DNA of 52,781 nucleotides from Dehalococcoidia bacterium. Its GTDB lineage: Bacteria; Chloroflexota; Dehalococcoidia; GIF9; AB-539-J10. The position numbers were made by a program, and so were the translations under genes. Positions 17,586 through 26,969 of the stretch are shown here, in pieces. The notes under the pieces are model-generated. The model saw only the letters and a program-made list of their open reading frames with translations. It did no database searches and was not told the origin of the DNA. Location: assembly GCA_030611085.1 (NCBI GenBank), contig JAUWQI010000006.1:1-52781 (forward strand), read 5' to 3'. Positions within the stretch are counted from its first letter, which is position 1. Every line of letters starts with the position of its first letter.

Positions 17586-18467
17586 GTGGCTAGTCGTAAG
17601 CTGTGGCTGATGATTGCCCTGCCCATAATGGTAGCGCTGGCTTTACTGATATGGTTTTATCCTACCAATAGCGATTTTGGAAAGGAAAATCCTGGATGGA
17701 ATGGGGCTGAAGATTTCGCCACAGAGTTTGAAGTCTTGCCTTTAAGCTCTCTCAATAGCTTGCCTTCTGCTGCCCAGGAGACCACCTTAATGGTTATCCC
17801 CTACCTTGAGTTCGGTGATGCCGATTTGGAAAAACTGGAGCAGTATCTCTCTGACGGAGGAAGGCTTCTGCTACTGGATGATTATGGCTTTGGCAATGAG
17901 GTTCTGGAGTGGTTAGGATTGGGTGCTAGGTTTACCGGGAGTCAACTTTTGGACCCGCTTTTCAACTATAAGAACAAAAACCTTCCTAAGATAATTGATT
18001 TTACCCCTGACCCTGCCACCAACGGCGTGGAGAGCATTGTGTTCAATCATGCCACTAGCCTGGAAAATATTCCTAGTGGCCAGATTATAGCCCAGTCATC
18101 CCATTTCAGCTTTCTGGATGAAAACCAAAATGGCGAGTGGGATGATGGAGAGCCAAAAGGTTCCTTACCCATAATAGCTAATTTCAAGATAGGAAAGGGA
18201 GAGCTTGTCCTTATATCTGACCCCAGCATATTGATCAACAGCATGCTAGGGATGGAAGGTAACCAGCAATTTCTGGAAAATATTATTCAAGGGCAAATTT
18301 TCCTAGACCAGTCACATCTGCCCGAAGTTCCCCTGGATGAAGCCAAGGCTGCACTAAGAATAAGCCGCAATGTCCTGGCTACTATTGGGGCAACCCTGGC
18401 GTTAATAGTGTTACTATTAGTATTCACACTGAAACCTATATGGTATAAAGGAGGACAAAATGAGTAG
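17586..18467 (+). CDS. DUF4350-like membrane protein
   Basis: N-terminal TM, NPGWNG, GGRLLLLDDYG, ISDPSILINSM, FLDQSH, C-terminal TM. Confidence 0.8.
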   Translation: MASRKLWLMIALPIMVALALLIWFYPTNSDFGKENPGWNGAEDFATEFEVLPLSSLNSLPSAAQETTLMVIPYLEFGDADLEKLEQYLSDGGRLLLLDDYGFGNEVLEWLGLGARFTGSQLLDPLFNYKNKNLPKIIDFTPDPATNGVESIVFNHATSLENIPSGQIIAQSSHFSFLDENQNGEWDDGEPKGSLPIIANFKIGKGELVLISDPSILINSMLGMEGNQQFLENIIQGQIFLDQSHLPEVPLDEAKAALRISRNVLATIGATLALIVLLLVFTLKPIWYKGGQNE

Positions 18468-19398
18468 TAAGGCGTTTGCTATACCAGAGAAGATTCTGAG
18501 TGAGGTTTCCAAAGTCGTTATTGGCAAGGAGGACATCAAAGAGCTACTCTTAGTATCCCTGATGAGTGGTGGACATCTGTTGATTGAAGGATTGCCCGGC
18601 ACAGCCAAAACTACCATCTCCAGGGTCTTTGCTCAAGCCATCGGGGGCGAGTTCAAGAGAATCCAGTTCACCCCTGATATGCTGCCCGCAGATATTACTG
18701 GCTTCTACCTCTATTCCCCCGATGGTAATTCCAGGTTTGTACCTGGACCTATCTTTGCCAATGTAGTGCTGGCTGATGAGCTAAACCGGGCGACACCAAG
18801 AACCCAGGCAGCCCTTCTGGAAGCCATGCAGGAAAATCAAGTAAGCGTTGAGGGAATAACCCACCCATTACCCCATCCTTCCATGGTTATCGCCAGCCAG
18901 CTACCTTACGGCGGTGCCGGCACCTACCCCCTAACCGAGGTGCAAGCAGACCGCTTCTTGCTCCGAGCCTGGAGTGGTTATCCCTCACAAGAGGAGGAGA
19001 AAGAGATTATCACCAACATAGCTAGTATTGAGGAAAGAAAGGTGGAGTCAGTAACAGAGCCTCAGGAACTTTTAGAGCTTCGCCAGGCTGTTAAAAATAT
19101 TCACCTGTCGGAAAAAGTCAGGGATTACATCATATCTTTGGTAGCACATGTACGACAGAATCCCGATGTCCTCCAAAGTCCCAGCCCGAGAGCATCCATC
19201 ACCCTATATAAAGCTTCAAAGGCACTGGCATTGCTCAGGCAGAGAGACTTTGTTATACCTGATGATGTTAAAAGGCTTTCCCGCCCTGCTTTGGAACACC
19301 GCGTAAGGATAAAGCCAGAGGCAGAGATGGAAGAGGTAACGCCAAGAGATATCATTGAGAAAGTTTTATCCGAAGTTCCCGTACCCAAAGAACCATGA
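18460..19398 (+). CDS. MoxR family AAA+ ATPase
   Basis: EGLPGTAKT, RIQFTPDMLPADI.G, LADELNRATPRTQAALLEAMQE, SPRA. Confidence 0.95.
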   Translation: MSSKAFAIPEKILSEVSKVVIGKEDIKELLLVSLMSGGHLLIEGLPGTAKTTISRVFAQAIGGEFKRIQFTPDMLPADITGFYLYSPDGNSRFVPGPIFANVVLADELNRATPRTQAALLEAMQENQVSVEGITHPLPHPSMVIASQLPYGGAGTYPLTEVQADRFLLRAWSGYPSQEEEKEIITNIASIEERKVESVTEPQELLELRQAVKNIHLSEKVRDYIISLVAHVRQNPDVLQSPSPRASITLYKASKALALLRQRDFVIPDDVKRLSRPALEHRVRIKPEAEMEEVTPRDIIEKVLSEVPVPKEP

Positions 19399-19403
19399 TT
19401 TGT

Positions 19404-19590
19404 AAATTAAAGAGCAAAAGTAAAAATGCAAAGTGACAAAGCAAAAATTATGGTAAATCCTAAGCACGAAATCCTAAATTCTAAACAAACACAAAGCACT
19501 AATGACCAAAATTCAAAACAAAATAAGTTTTGGTATTTGAATTTGGAAATTCGAATTTGTTTAGGATTTAGAGCTTAGAATTTGGGATTT
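19404..19590. repeat. A-rich periodic arm plus 7-mer-periodic inverted repeat (family E)
   Basis: AAATCCTAAGCACGAAATCCTAAATTCTAAACAAA (19455) pairs imperfectly with TTTGTTTAGGATTTAGAGCTTAGAATTTGGGATTT (ends 19590). Confidence 0.8.
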
Positions 19591-21148
19591 GAATTTTTGG
19601 AGGTATGACATAGCTAGAAAAGGTTCCCAAATCTACCTCATTCTTGCCTTGCTGGCAGCAATACTGCTTTCACCATTGCCTCAATCAGCCATAGCCACAG
19701 GACTGCTCCTGCTAGCTTTATTCCTCTACTCAGGAAAGCTTCACTCTCACTGGGAAATCCCAATTATGCTGGGCTATTTCTTTGCCATACCACTTCTGTT
19801 TGAGCCAATCTTACATTTATTCTCACCCTTGGTAGCAATCTCCATCCTCCCTCTGATAGGCTCTAGCTTCAAGCAAAACGCTTTAATCCAAAGCATCGTT
19901 CCGCCAACAAAGCAAAGAGAGTTGACCTTCACTTCAAAATCGGTAATAGCAGCTACGGGAGCTATAATCCTTACCTCCCTTCTCCTGGGTAACTGGGTTT
20001 TGACAATAACCTGTGGCATAGCACTTCTCTTTATTGCTGGCATGTTGCTATACGTTCTAAGGAGCTTGCCTCTGTCCCCATTGGAGGTACAGCAAAAGGA
20101 AATCAGGCTCTTTGCTGGAAATACAAGCAAATTAGCAATCAAGCTCATGGGCAAGGCTAAATGTCCCTTCCATATCTCCGTCAACTCCAGCTACCCCTGG
20201 ATTTATCCAGCTAAGGACATCCTTCTGAATCTCACTAGCGAAGCAGAGCTAAATCTTACTATCACCCCCTCCTTATCAGGGCCTTCGGAACCTCACATCG
20301 AATTCCTTTCTACAGACCTCTGGGGACTAATCCAGATGAGGCAGGTGATTGAGCCGGTGAGGCTTTACGTTATCCCTCGTGCCAAATATGCTGAATGGCT
20401 GGCCAGGAAATATCTTGAAGAGACTGCGTCAGAGGCAGGAGCCCTCGCTGCCGCTTTCTCACCAGTCGCAGCAGGCACAACACCTAAGGGAGGAGTAGAG
20501 TATTGTGATAGCCGACCTTACCAACCAGGCGATAGATTAAAGGACATAGACTGGAAACACACTGCAAAGCTAAGAAAGCTCGTAATCAAAGAGTATGCGC
20601 AAGAGGCACGGCAGCTAGCCATAATCGCTGCTAACCTTGTGGCAGCAGATGCTGAAGAAGCGGATAAATTGGTGTATAACTTCATCACCGCGGCACTGAC
20701 TTTGGCTAAGGAGACTATCCCGACCGCTATAGCAGCTTATGATCAAGAGCAGGTACTAGCGGCAACTCCACTCCTGGATCCCAGGGGACTGGTGACAAAA
20801 GCACTGCAGTTGAGTCAAAAAGTAGTATTGCTCACACCTCTACAGCGATATATCCAGCCTCCTGACATCAGGCAGATTAAAATTTCGCTGAGACATCTGG
20901 AGAAGGCATCCACAGAACCGGCAAGAAAACTAAGAGAAATCCTCGATCTTGAGAGGAAGGCAATAGAAGAAGGAGTTAAGAAGCACCCAGCAAGAGAGGC
21001 ACTAAGTCGCGGTGCAGTTCATGTTTTGCCCCCAGCAACAATAACAGTGATTTCACCTTGGAGCTATGATTATGAAGCTTTATCGCTAACTCTAGAAGAG
21101 CTAAAAAGGCAAGGATATAATGCCACAGTAATAAAAGTAAACGGATGA
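19589..21148 (+). CDS. DUF58 domain membrane protein (start uncertain, possibly 19610)
   Basis: N-terminal TMs, D.WGL, R.YQPGDRLKDIDWKHTAK...L.IKEY. Confidence 0.88.
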   Translation: MNFWRYDIARKGSQIYLILALLAAILLSPLPQSAIATGLLLLALFLYSGKLHSHWEIPIMLGYFFAIPLLFEPILHLFSPLVAISILPLIGSSFKQNALIQSIVPPTKQRELTFTSKSVIAATGAIILTSLLLGNWVLTITCGIALLFIAGMLLYVLRSLPLSPLEVQQKEIRLFAGNTSKLAIKLMGKAKCPFHISVNSSYPWIYPAKDILLNLTSEAELNLTITPSLSGPSEPHIEFLSTDLWGLIQMRQVIEPVRLYVIPRAKYAEWLARKYLEETASEAGALAAAFSPVAAGTTPKGGVEYCDSRPYQPGDRLKDIDWKHTAKLRKLVIKEYAQEARQLAIIAANLVAADAEEADKLVYNFITAALTLAKETIPTAIAAYDQEQVLAATPLLDPRGLVTKALQLSQKVVLLTPLQRYIQPPDIRQIKISLRHLEKASTEPARKLREILDLERKAIEEGVKKHPAREALSRGAVHVLPPATITVISPWSYDYEALSLTLEELKRQGYNATVIKVNG

Positions 21149-21212
21149 TTAACTCTCAATATCCTTGCCATCGGCATCATAAAAGGCATTATCCCAAGGG
21201 TAGCCGTGCTCC

Positions 21213-21241
21213 TTGACAAATCCATGATTTTATGCTATATG
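21213..21241 (+). promoter_or_regulatory. Putative sigma70 promoter
   Basis: TTGACA-17 bp-TATATG with an extended TG. Confidence 0.45.
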
Positions 21242-21261
21242 TCAAACAATGTAGGGAAGCT

Positions 21262-21978
21262 ATGAGACAGAAAATATTTTCTAAGAGGGCAATACGACAT
21301 CTGGCAATTGCTTTAGTTTTGGCAGCATCCTTGATTCCTGTTAGCACCTCTCCAGTAGTAGCACTAGACCTGAATCCCTACAGTTACTTTGATGCCAATT
21401 ACTCCATCACCTTCAGTGATAATAAGGTGCAAGGGGAAGAAGTATTTTATCTCCTGGCTGAAGGCAGAGCGACATGCATCAAAGATTTACCGCTGGGAGT
21501 AGATGAAGTTGAGGTTATAGCAAGAGTTGTAGCACAGCATAAGGCAACTGGTGTTGAAGTAGTGCTAAATCCCACCTATAGCGTTGTTATTAGTCCCTTT
21601 CCCGACCGAGAAGGCGAAACTTGTGAGTTAAAGCGACAGGTAAAGCTAATTTTCCCCAGTGGAAGTCGGACGGGCGAATATAATGTAATTGGTCAGCTTA
21701 TTCAAGCCAAAGTTGATGATTGGGATGTTGCCGAACTTATTCCGGAGGTATATAAATCTCATCTACTCGGCTCGATATCTTATGTCGCCTCAGCTAGTAG
21801 TGACAGCCCTAATGGCACAGGAACGCCACCAGTAGAAGAGAAACCTTCATCTAGTAGTGGCAGCACTAATGGCACAGGAACACCACCAGTAGAAGAGAAA
21901 CCTTCATCTTGGCTTTCACAACATCGGTGGGTAGTAGCAATAGCAATTGTTTACTTTTTGTTGTTCGTTTTGTGGTAA
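21262..21978 (+). CDS. Exported protein with C-terminal TM anchor
   Basis: Signal peptide (AIRHLAIALVLAASLIP..VVA), beta-rich domain, Ser/Pro/Thr linker, WLSQHRWVVAIAIV anchor. Confidence 0.75.
   Translation: MRQKIFSKRAIRHLAIALVLAASLIPVSTSPVVALDLNPYSYFDANYSITFSDNKVQGEEVFYLLAEGRATCIKDLPLGVDEVEVIARVVAQHKATGVEVVLNPTYSVVISPFPDREGETCELKRQVKLIFPSGSRTGEYNVIGQLIQAKVDDWDVAELIPEVYKSHLLGSISYVASASSDSPNGTGTPPVEEKPSSSSGSTNGTGTPPVEEKPSSWLSQHRWVVAIAIVYFLLFVLW
21794..21907 (+). repeat. 57-bp in-frame tandem duplication
   Basis: 21794-21850 and 21851-21907 differ at 3 positions; encodes SS.S.NGTGTPPVEEKPS twice. Confidence 0.92.
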
Positions 21979-22039
21979 TATAGTGTATGAATCAACATAG
22001 AATTTCGCTATGTTATAATAGTAAAGAGGGGGGGGGAGA

Positions 22040-24058
22040 ATGAACAAAACAAAGTGGCACAGCAAGGTAATTTACCTAACAGTCACTCTGGCATTACTTC
22101 TATCATTGGGAATAATGGCAATGCCAATGAGGTCTCCGGTAGAGGCGGCTGAATCAGCGTATTATGACGCTGATACGATTGAGGAGTGGCTAATTTCCCA
22201 AATTGAGTCAACCGAAATATCATTCACTGCGCCAACTGCGAGCCTGGATGCCAGTGCTAATACAATGACAATAAATGCCAGTGCCACAGCTCGGGGCACG
22301 ACTGCGGAACTTAACGATGTTATATTCACCTTTGACGGGAGTAAGAATGTATCCATTGAGGGTGAGTCCTCAGTGGTAGGGAAAAACCCAAGATTTTCTT
22401 GCAAAGTTGAGATGGAATGCAAACTGTCAGATAAAATACCACAGCTAAAAAGCATCAGCGATATTCAGGTTGGCGGCTCCGAGCCTTCCTTATCGGAAGA
22501 TACTCTCAATAACATTGCTGACATTATCAACGAGGCTATCGAGGCAAGTGAACTGAAGATGGAATCGCTGGGGGGAGACCTAACTGGCATCGATGTTATT
22601 ACTGAGAGTGAGGAAGCGAAATTAGAATTAAAATGGAGTGGCGGTTCGGCGAAGTGGGATAAATCCACTATCGAAGACAAGTTAAATGAAGCTGCTGATG
22701 AGTTGGTTGACCAGGCTAACGATTATCTCAGCAATGGTTATGACGATGGGAGGTGGTCGCTCAATGTGACCATCGGCAGTGGCAAATTGACCTTCAATGC
22801 AGAAGCTACAGCTTTGAGCCAAACAGCAGAAATAGAAGACATGGTGGTTACCTTTAGCGATACAACAGCATCCATTAGCGACAAAATATCGATAGGGGGC
22901 AAACAAGTAACTGTAAATGGAACTGTTAAGATAACTTGCACAAACTATGTTCCTGACATAACAGTAAAAAGCATAGGTGTCGGCAATGAATATCCTGGAT
23001 TTAGAGACTGGATTGAGGACCCTGTGATAAACTCTGCCTTGGGGGATGCCCTGAGCAGGCTTGCTGAGAATATTATTGATGATACTGGTTTGGAGTGTCA
23101 CATCAAGAGGTTTAACCGTATCGCCATTGTTGGCGAAAGGTTAAAGGTATGGTGGCATAAGGCACCAACTCCAGGTCCCCTAGGTCCAACTTACTATTAC
23201 CTAAAGACTGACCTCTTCGACATAGAGAAGAGCTATCACATTAGCAGCACTGGCAAAATATCGATGACAATAGAAGCCACCTCTAGGGATGGCATGCTTA
23301 CCATTACTATTCCTAAAGACACCGTTGTTCTAGATAAATATGGTAAGCGGCTGGAAAGTTTAACAGTAGCTGTGGATAAAAGCCCACCTGAGCCACCTGC
23401 GGATGCTCGTATTATCGGTTTAGCCTACGATTTTGCTCCTGCCGGCGCTAAATTTGACCCGCTGATGACCTTAACCTGGAAATATGACCCTGATGACTTG
23501 CCAGAAGGAGTAGCTGAAGCGAATTTGTGCATAGCCTATTATAATGAAAATACCGGCAAGTGGAACATGCCATTAAAGAGTATCGCTGTTCCCGAAAAGA
23601 ACTTGCTCCTGGCTGATGTGAGCCATTTCACTACCTTTGCTATTGTTGGCTATCTCGTGCCGCCAGAAATAGCTATTTTTTCAATATCGAATCTCTCCAT
23701 TGAACCACCCGAGGTTTATTCCGGCAAGCCAGTGAGCATCACTGTACTAGTAACTAATACCGGTGGCAAGTCTGGCACCTATCCAATCACACTCAAGATA
23801 GCTGGTAAAGTGGAATCAACCAAAGATGTAATAGTTGCTGCTGGAAGTAACAAAACAGCCTCCTTCACCGTGATTAAAGAGGAGCTCGGCATATATCAGG
23901 TGGAGGTAGAAGGACTTAAAGGAAGCTTCACTGTCAAAGGGGGAGTAGCTCCAGCTCCACTGTCATGGATTTCCCACTATTGGTGGGCTATTCTAGTAGG
24001 GGTAGTGCTTATCGGACTTCTGGCCTACTTCCTGCGGAGAAGGAGAGCCTTAAGTTAG
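22040..24058 (+). CDS. Cell-surface protein: signal peptide, two internal repeats, ZU5/PGF-pre-PGF-like and CARDB-like domains, C-terminal TM
   Basis: AYDFAPAGAKFDP..TLTWKYD, VSHFTTFAI, V.NTGG.SG.Y; ends WWAILVGVVLIGLLAYFLRRRR. Confidence 0.8.
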   Translation: MNKTKWHSKVIYLTVTLALLLSLGIMAMPMRSPVEAAESAYYDADTIEEWLISQIESTEISFTAPTASLDASANTMTINASATARGTTAELNDVIFTFDGSKNVSIEGESSVVGKNPRFSCKVEMECKLSDKIPQLKSISDIQVGGSEPSLSEDTLNNIADIINEAIEASELKMESLGGDLTGIDVITESEEAKLELKWSGGSAKWDKSTIEDKLNEAADELVDQANDYLSNGYDDGRWSLNVTIGSGKLTFNAEATALSQTAEIEDMVVTFSDTTASISDKISIGGKQVTVNGTVKITCTNYVPDITVKSIGVGNEYPGFRDWIEDPVINSALGDALSRLAENIIDDTGLECHIKRFNRIAIVGERLKVWWHKAPTPGPLGPTYYYLKTDLFDIEKSYHISSTGKISMTIEATSRDGMLTITIPKDTVVLDKYGKRLESLTVAVDKSPPEPPADARIIGLAYDFAPAGAKFDPLMTLTWKYDPDDLPEGVAEANLCIAYYNENTGKWNMPLKSIAVPEKNLLLADVSHFTTFAIVGYLVPPEIAIFSISNLSIEPPEVYSGKPVSITVLVTNTGGKSGTYPITLKIAGKVESTKDVIVAAGSNKTASFTVIKEELGIYQVEVEGLKGSFTVKGGVAPAPLSWISHYWWAILVGVVLIGLLAYFLRRRRALS

Positions 24059-24078
24059 TACCTGGTATAAGGGACTAA

Positions 24079-25983
24079 ATGTCCAAGATATTAGACAAGA
24101 TTAATAGTCCTAGCGCTATTAAGGCGCTAAGCCAGAGTGAACTAACCCAGCTTTGTTCTGAGCTCAGGGAATTGCTGGTAAGCAGAGTAACCGAAAATGG
24201 TGGGCACCTGGCATCGAATCTAGGGGTAGTTGAACTCACTGTTGCCCTGCATCGGGTATTTGATAGCCCAAAAGACAAGATAATCTGGGATGTGGGACAT
24301 CAAAGCTATGTTCACAAGCTACTAACAGGAAGAAGGGAGCAGTTTTCCTCCCTTCGGCAGCATAATGGGTTGTCTGGTTTCCCTGACCCCAATGAAAGCC
24401 CTCACGACGCCTTCACTATGGGACACGGTGGCACCTCTATTTCAGCAGCTTTGGGCATGGCTTTGGCTCGTGACCTTGCCCACGATAATTATCATGTAGT
24501 GGCAGTTATCGGCGATGGTTGCCTTACCTGTGGCATGGCTTACGAAGCACTGAACCACGCTGGGTATCTGGGCACAAAACTTACTGTGGTGCTTAATGAC
24601 AATGGCATGTCCATCTCGCCCACAGTAGGAGCTATAGCCAAACAATTGAACATGCTGCGAGCAGGCTACCAATATAAGCAGGCTAAGGAAAGGACAAGGC
24701 GGTTGCTCTCCCTCATGCCTGGAGGAAAGAAGCTGCATTGGGTATTACGCCGACTTAAGGAAGGAGCTAAAGCAGTCATTATACCCTCCACGATGTGGGA
24801 ACAGCTTGGCTTCACTTATTTTGGTCCCATAAATGGTCATAACATCACCGACCTAGAAACTGCTCTAAAGCAAGCTAGAGATTACCCCAAGCCGGTCATT
24901 ATCCATGTGATGACCACCAAGGGTAAAGGCTATAAACCAGCAGAAGCTGACCCAGTTCGCTTCCATAGCTTACCCCCTGAAGACGATATTTCGGGAGCAA
25001 TACCCACTTATAGCGAAGTATTCGCTCAAACAGTGGGCAAACTGCTCCGGGATAACCCCAGGATAGTAGCGGTGACTGCCGCTATGGCTGAAGGCAACGG
25101 CTTATCTGCTCTAGTCCCGGAGTTTCCCCATCGCATCTACGATGTGGGGATTTCCGAGCAGCATGCTGTTACCCTAGCTGCTGGGCTAGCTACCCAGGGC
25201 TTTATACCCATCGTAGCTATATATTCTACCTTTTTACAGCGTGGCTTTGACCAGATTATCCACGATGTTTGTCTCCCTGACCTCCCTGTTATTTTTGCCC
25301 TTGACCGCAGCGGCATTGTAGGAGAGGATGGCAAAACACACCAGGGAATATTCGACCTCTCCTATCTTAGTTTAATGCCTAACATGATTGTCTCAGCTCC
25401 TAAGGATGAGAATGAACTTCAGCACTTGCTTTACACCGCTCTGGATACAAGTCATCCTATGGCTATTCGCTACCCTCGAGGGCAAGGAGTGGGAGTTGCT
25501 CTTGCCACTCAGTTTCACAAAGTTCCCATAGGCAAAGGCGAAGTAATCAGGCAAGGTAAAGATATAGCTATATTGGCTTTAGGGTCGACTGTTATGCCTT
25601 CCTTAGAGGCAGCACACAAGCTAGGAGAACAAGGTATTGACGTATCAGTAATCAATGCCCGTTTTGCCAAGCCCCTGGATGCAGAGCTTATTTTGGAGTT
25701 AGCCAACTATACTAAGAAGATAATCACCGTGGAGGAAAATGTTCTCAGTGGTGGCTTTGGCACTGCGGTGCTAGAACTATTGGGGAAATTTGGCATCCCT
25801 GATATCAAAGTGAAGCGATTAGGCATTCCGAATGAATTTGTGGAACAAGGAAGCCAGAGACTGCTTCGCTCCAACTACAATTTGGATGCTGAAGGGATAG
25901 CTCGGCAGGTTATTGCTCTTTTTCCCGAGTTTGGTAAAGACAGCCCAGAGAAATTTGGAGCCGCATTAACTTCTAGGAATTAG
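24079..25983 (+). CDS. dxs: 1-deoxy-D-xylulose-5-phosphate synthase
   Basis: GGHLASNLG, WDVGHQSY, GDG..T.G.AYEALN, YSTFLQR, DGKTHQG, IRYPRG. Confidence 0.97.
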   Translation: MSKILDKINSPSAIKALSQSELTQLCSELRELLVSRVTENGGHLASNLGVVELTVALHRVFDSPKDKIIWDVGHQSYVHKLLTGRREQFSSLRQHNGLSGFPDPNESPHDAFTMGHGGTSISAALGMALARDLAHDNYHVVAVIGDGCLTCGMAYEALNHAGYLGTKLTVVLNDNGMSISPTVGAIAKQLNMLRAGYQYKQAKERTRRLLSLMPGGKKLHWVLRRLKEGAKAVIIPSTMWEQLGFTYFGPINGHNITDLETALKQARDYPKPVIIHVMTTKGKGYKPAEADPVRFHSLPPEDDISGAIPTYSEVFAQTVGKLLRDNPRIVAVTAAMAEGNGLSALVPEFPHRIYDVGISEQHAVTLAAGLATQGFIPIVAIYSTFLQRGFDQIIHDVCLPDLPVIFALDRSGIVGEDGKTHQGIFDLSYLSLMPNMIVSAPKDENELQHLLYTALDTSHPMAIRYPRGQGVGVALATQFHKVPIGKGEVIRQGKDIAILALGSTVMPSLEAAHKLGEQGIDVSVINARFAKPLDAELILELANYTKKIITVEENVLSGGFGTAVLELLGKFGIPDIKVKRLGIPNEFVEQGSQRLLRSNYNLDAEGIARQVIALFPEFGKDSPEKFGAALTSRN

Positions 25984-25987
25984 CAAA

Positions 25988-26860
25988 TTAGGGTCTGCCC
26001 TCCTCGACATCTACCCAAAGGTGAGGTGGGGCTTTGAAATAGGGCTTTCCTTCTTTGTATAACACAAACTCCACCTTTTGTTTCTTGCCAATCTCCCGAG
26101 GCACAAAGCCAACCTCCCCCTCCCATTTCTCTTCATGGGACAGATCTACCTCTATCATATCTCTACCTTCATCTCCTATTCTCAGCTTCGCCTTTTCCCC
26201 ATCAATTCTCACCCCAATTCGATAGCTCACTTGCTCATGCTCATGATTCACTATTCCTAAAATAACTTTCCCTTCCTCCCCCACTTTTAGCGTCTCAGGG
26301 TAATCTTCAGCCTTGCCCTCAAGCCCTAAGATATAAAATTCGGTAAATTTCTCCCCCACCTTAGGCGTGGCAACAACATATCCCAGAGTTCCTATTACCC
26401 CTATTATGGCTAGAACCAAAACTACTGATAGCGCCTTATCCACTACTCCCTCTCCCTTGAAGGGAGAGGCCAGGTGAGGGTGAATTTCCACAGAAAATCT
26501 TTCCTCAGGGACAAGCCCCCTCCTGCGATGCCAGGCAACTCCAGACATAATCAAAATAAAGGACGAAAGTGAAATAAGAATGGGATAAAGCCTTATTCCC
26601 CAGGGAGTATAGTTCAAGATAAGTCCGATAAGTGGCACTACAGCAATGCTCAAACCAAAGCTTAAAGCTACTCTCTCCACCCCACCTAAACTCTCCCTCC
26701 TGGGAAATAAGGCGGCAATTAAAGTATATCCTGGGAAGAAGAGAATCAAAGGAAGCCCCAGAATAATACGAGCTATATTAGAGGGGAAAAAGATGATAAC
26801 CACAATGAGCAAGATAGTTAATATGGCGATAAGCCAGAGGTCGTTACTCCTAGTTTTCAT
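25988..26860 (-). CDS. DUF1616 membrane protein
   Basis: LFFPGY.L.AALFP, ERVALSFGLS, FTEFYILG..GKAEDYP, GIVNHE. Confidence 0.9.
   Translation of the reverse strand: MKTRSNDLWLIAILTILLIVVIIFFPSNIARIILGLPLILFFPGYTLIAALFPRRESLGGVERVALSFGLSIAVVPLIGLILNYTPWGIRLYPILISLSSFILIMSGVAWHRRRGLVPEERFSVEIHPHLASPFKGEGVVDKALSVVLVLAIIGVIGTLGYVVATPKVGEKFTEFYILGLEGKAEDYPETLKVGEEGKVILGIVNHEHEQVSYRIGVRIDGEKAKLRIGDEGRDMIEVDLSHEEKWEGEVGFVPREIGKKQKVEFVLYKEGKPYFKAPPHLWVDVEEGRP
26448..26482. repeat. Family C palindrome inside the DUF1616 CDS (in frame)
   Basis: CCCTCTCCCTTGAAGGGAGAGGCCAGGTGAGGGTG, read as HPHLASPFKGEG. Confidence 0.8.
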
Positions 26861-26969
26861 TATGAAGTCCGCTTATTCTGCCTCAGTTTAGCCTAAAGTT
26901 ACCCAAATTGGCTATTGCTTTGAGTTTACTGCATGATATACCATTTCAGGCGAGGAGTTAATTTTTTCC

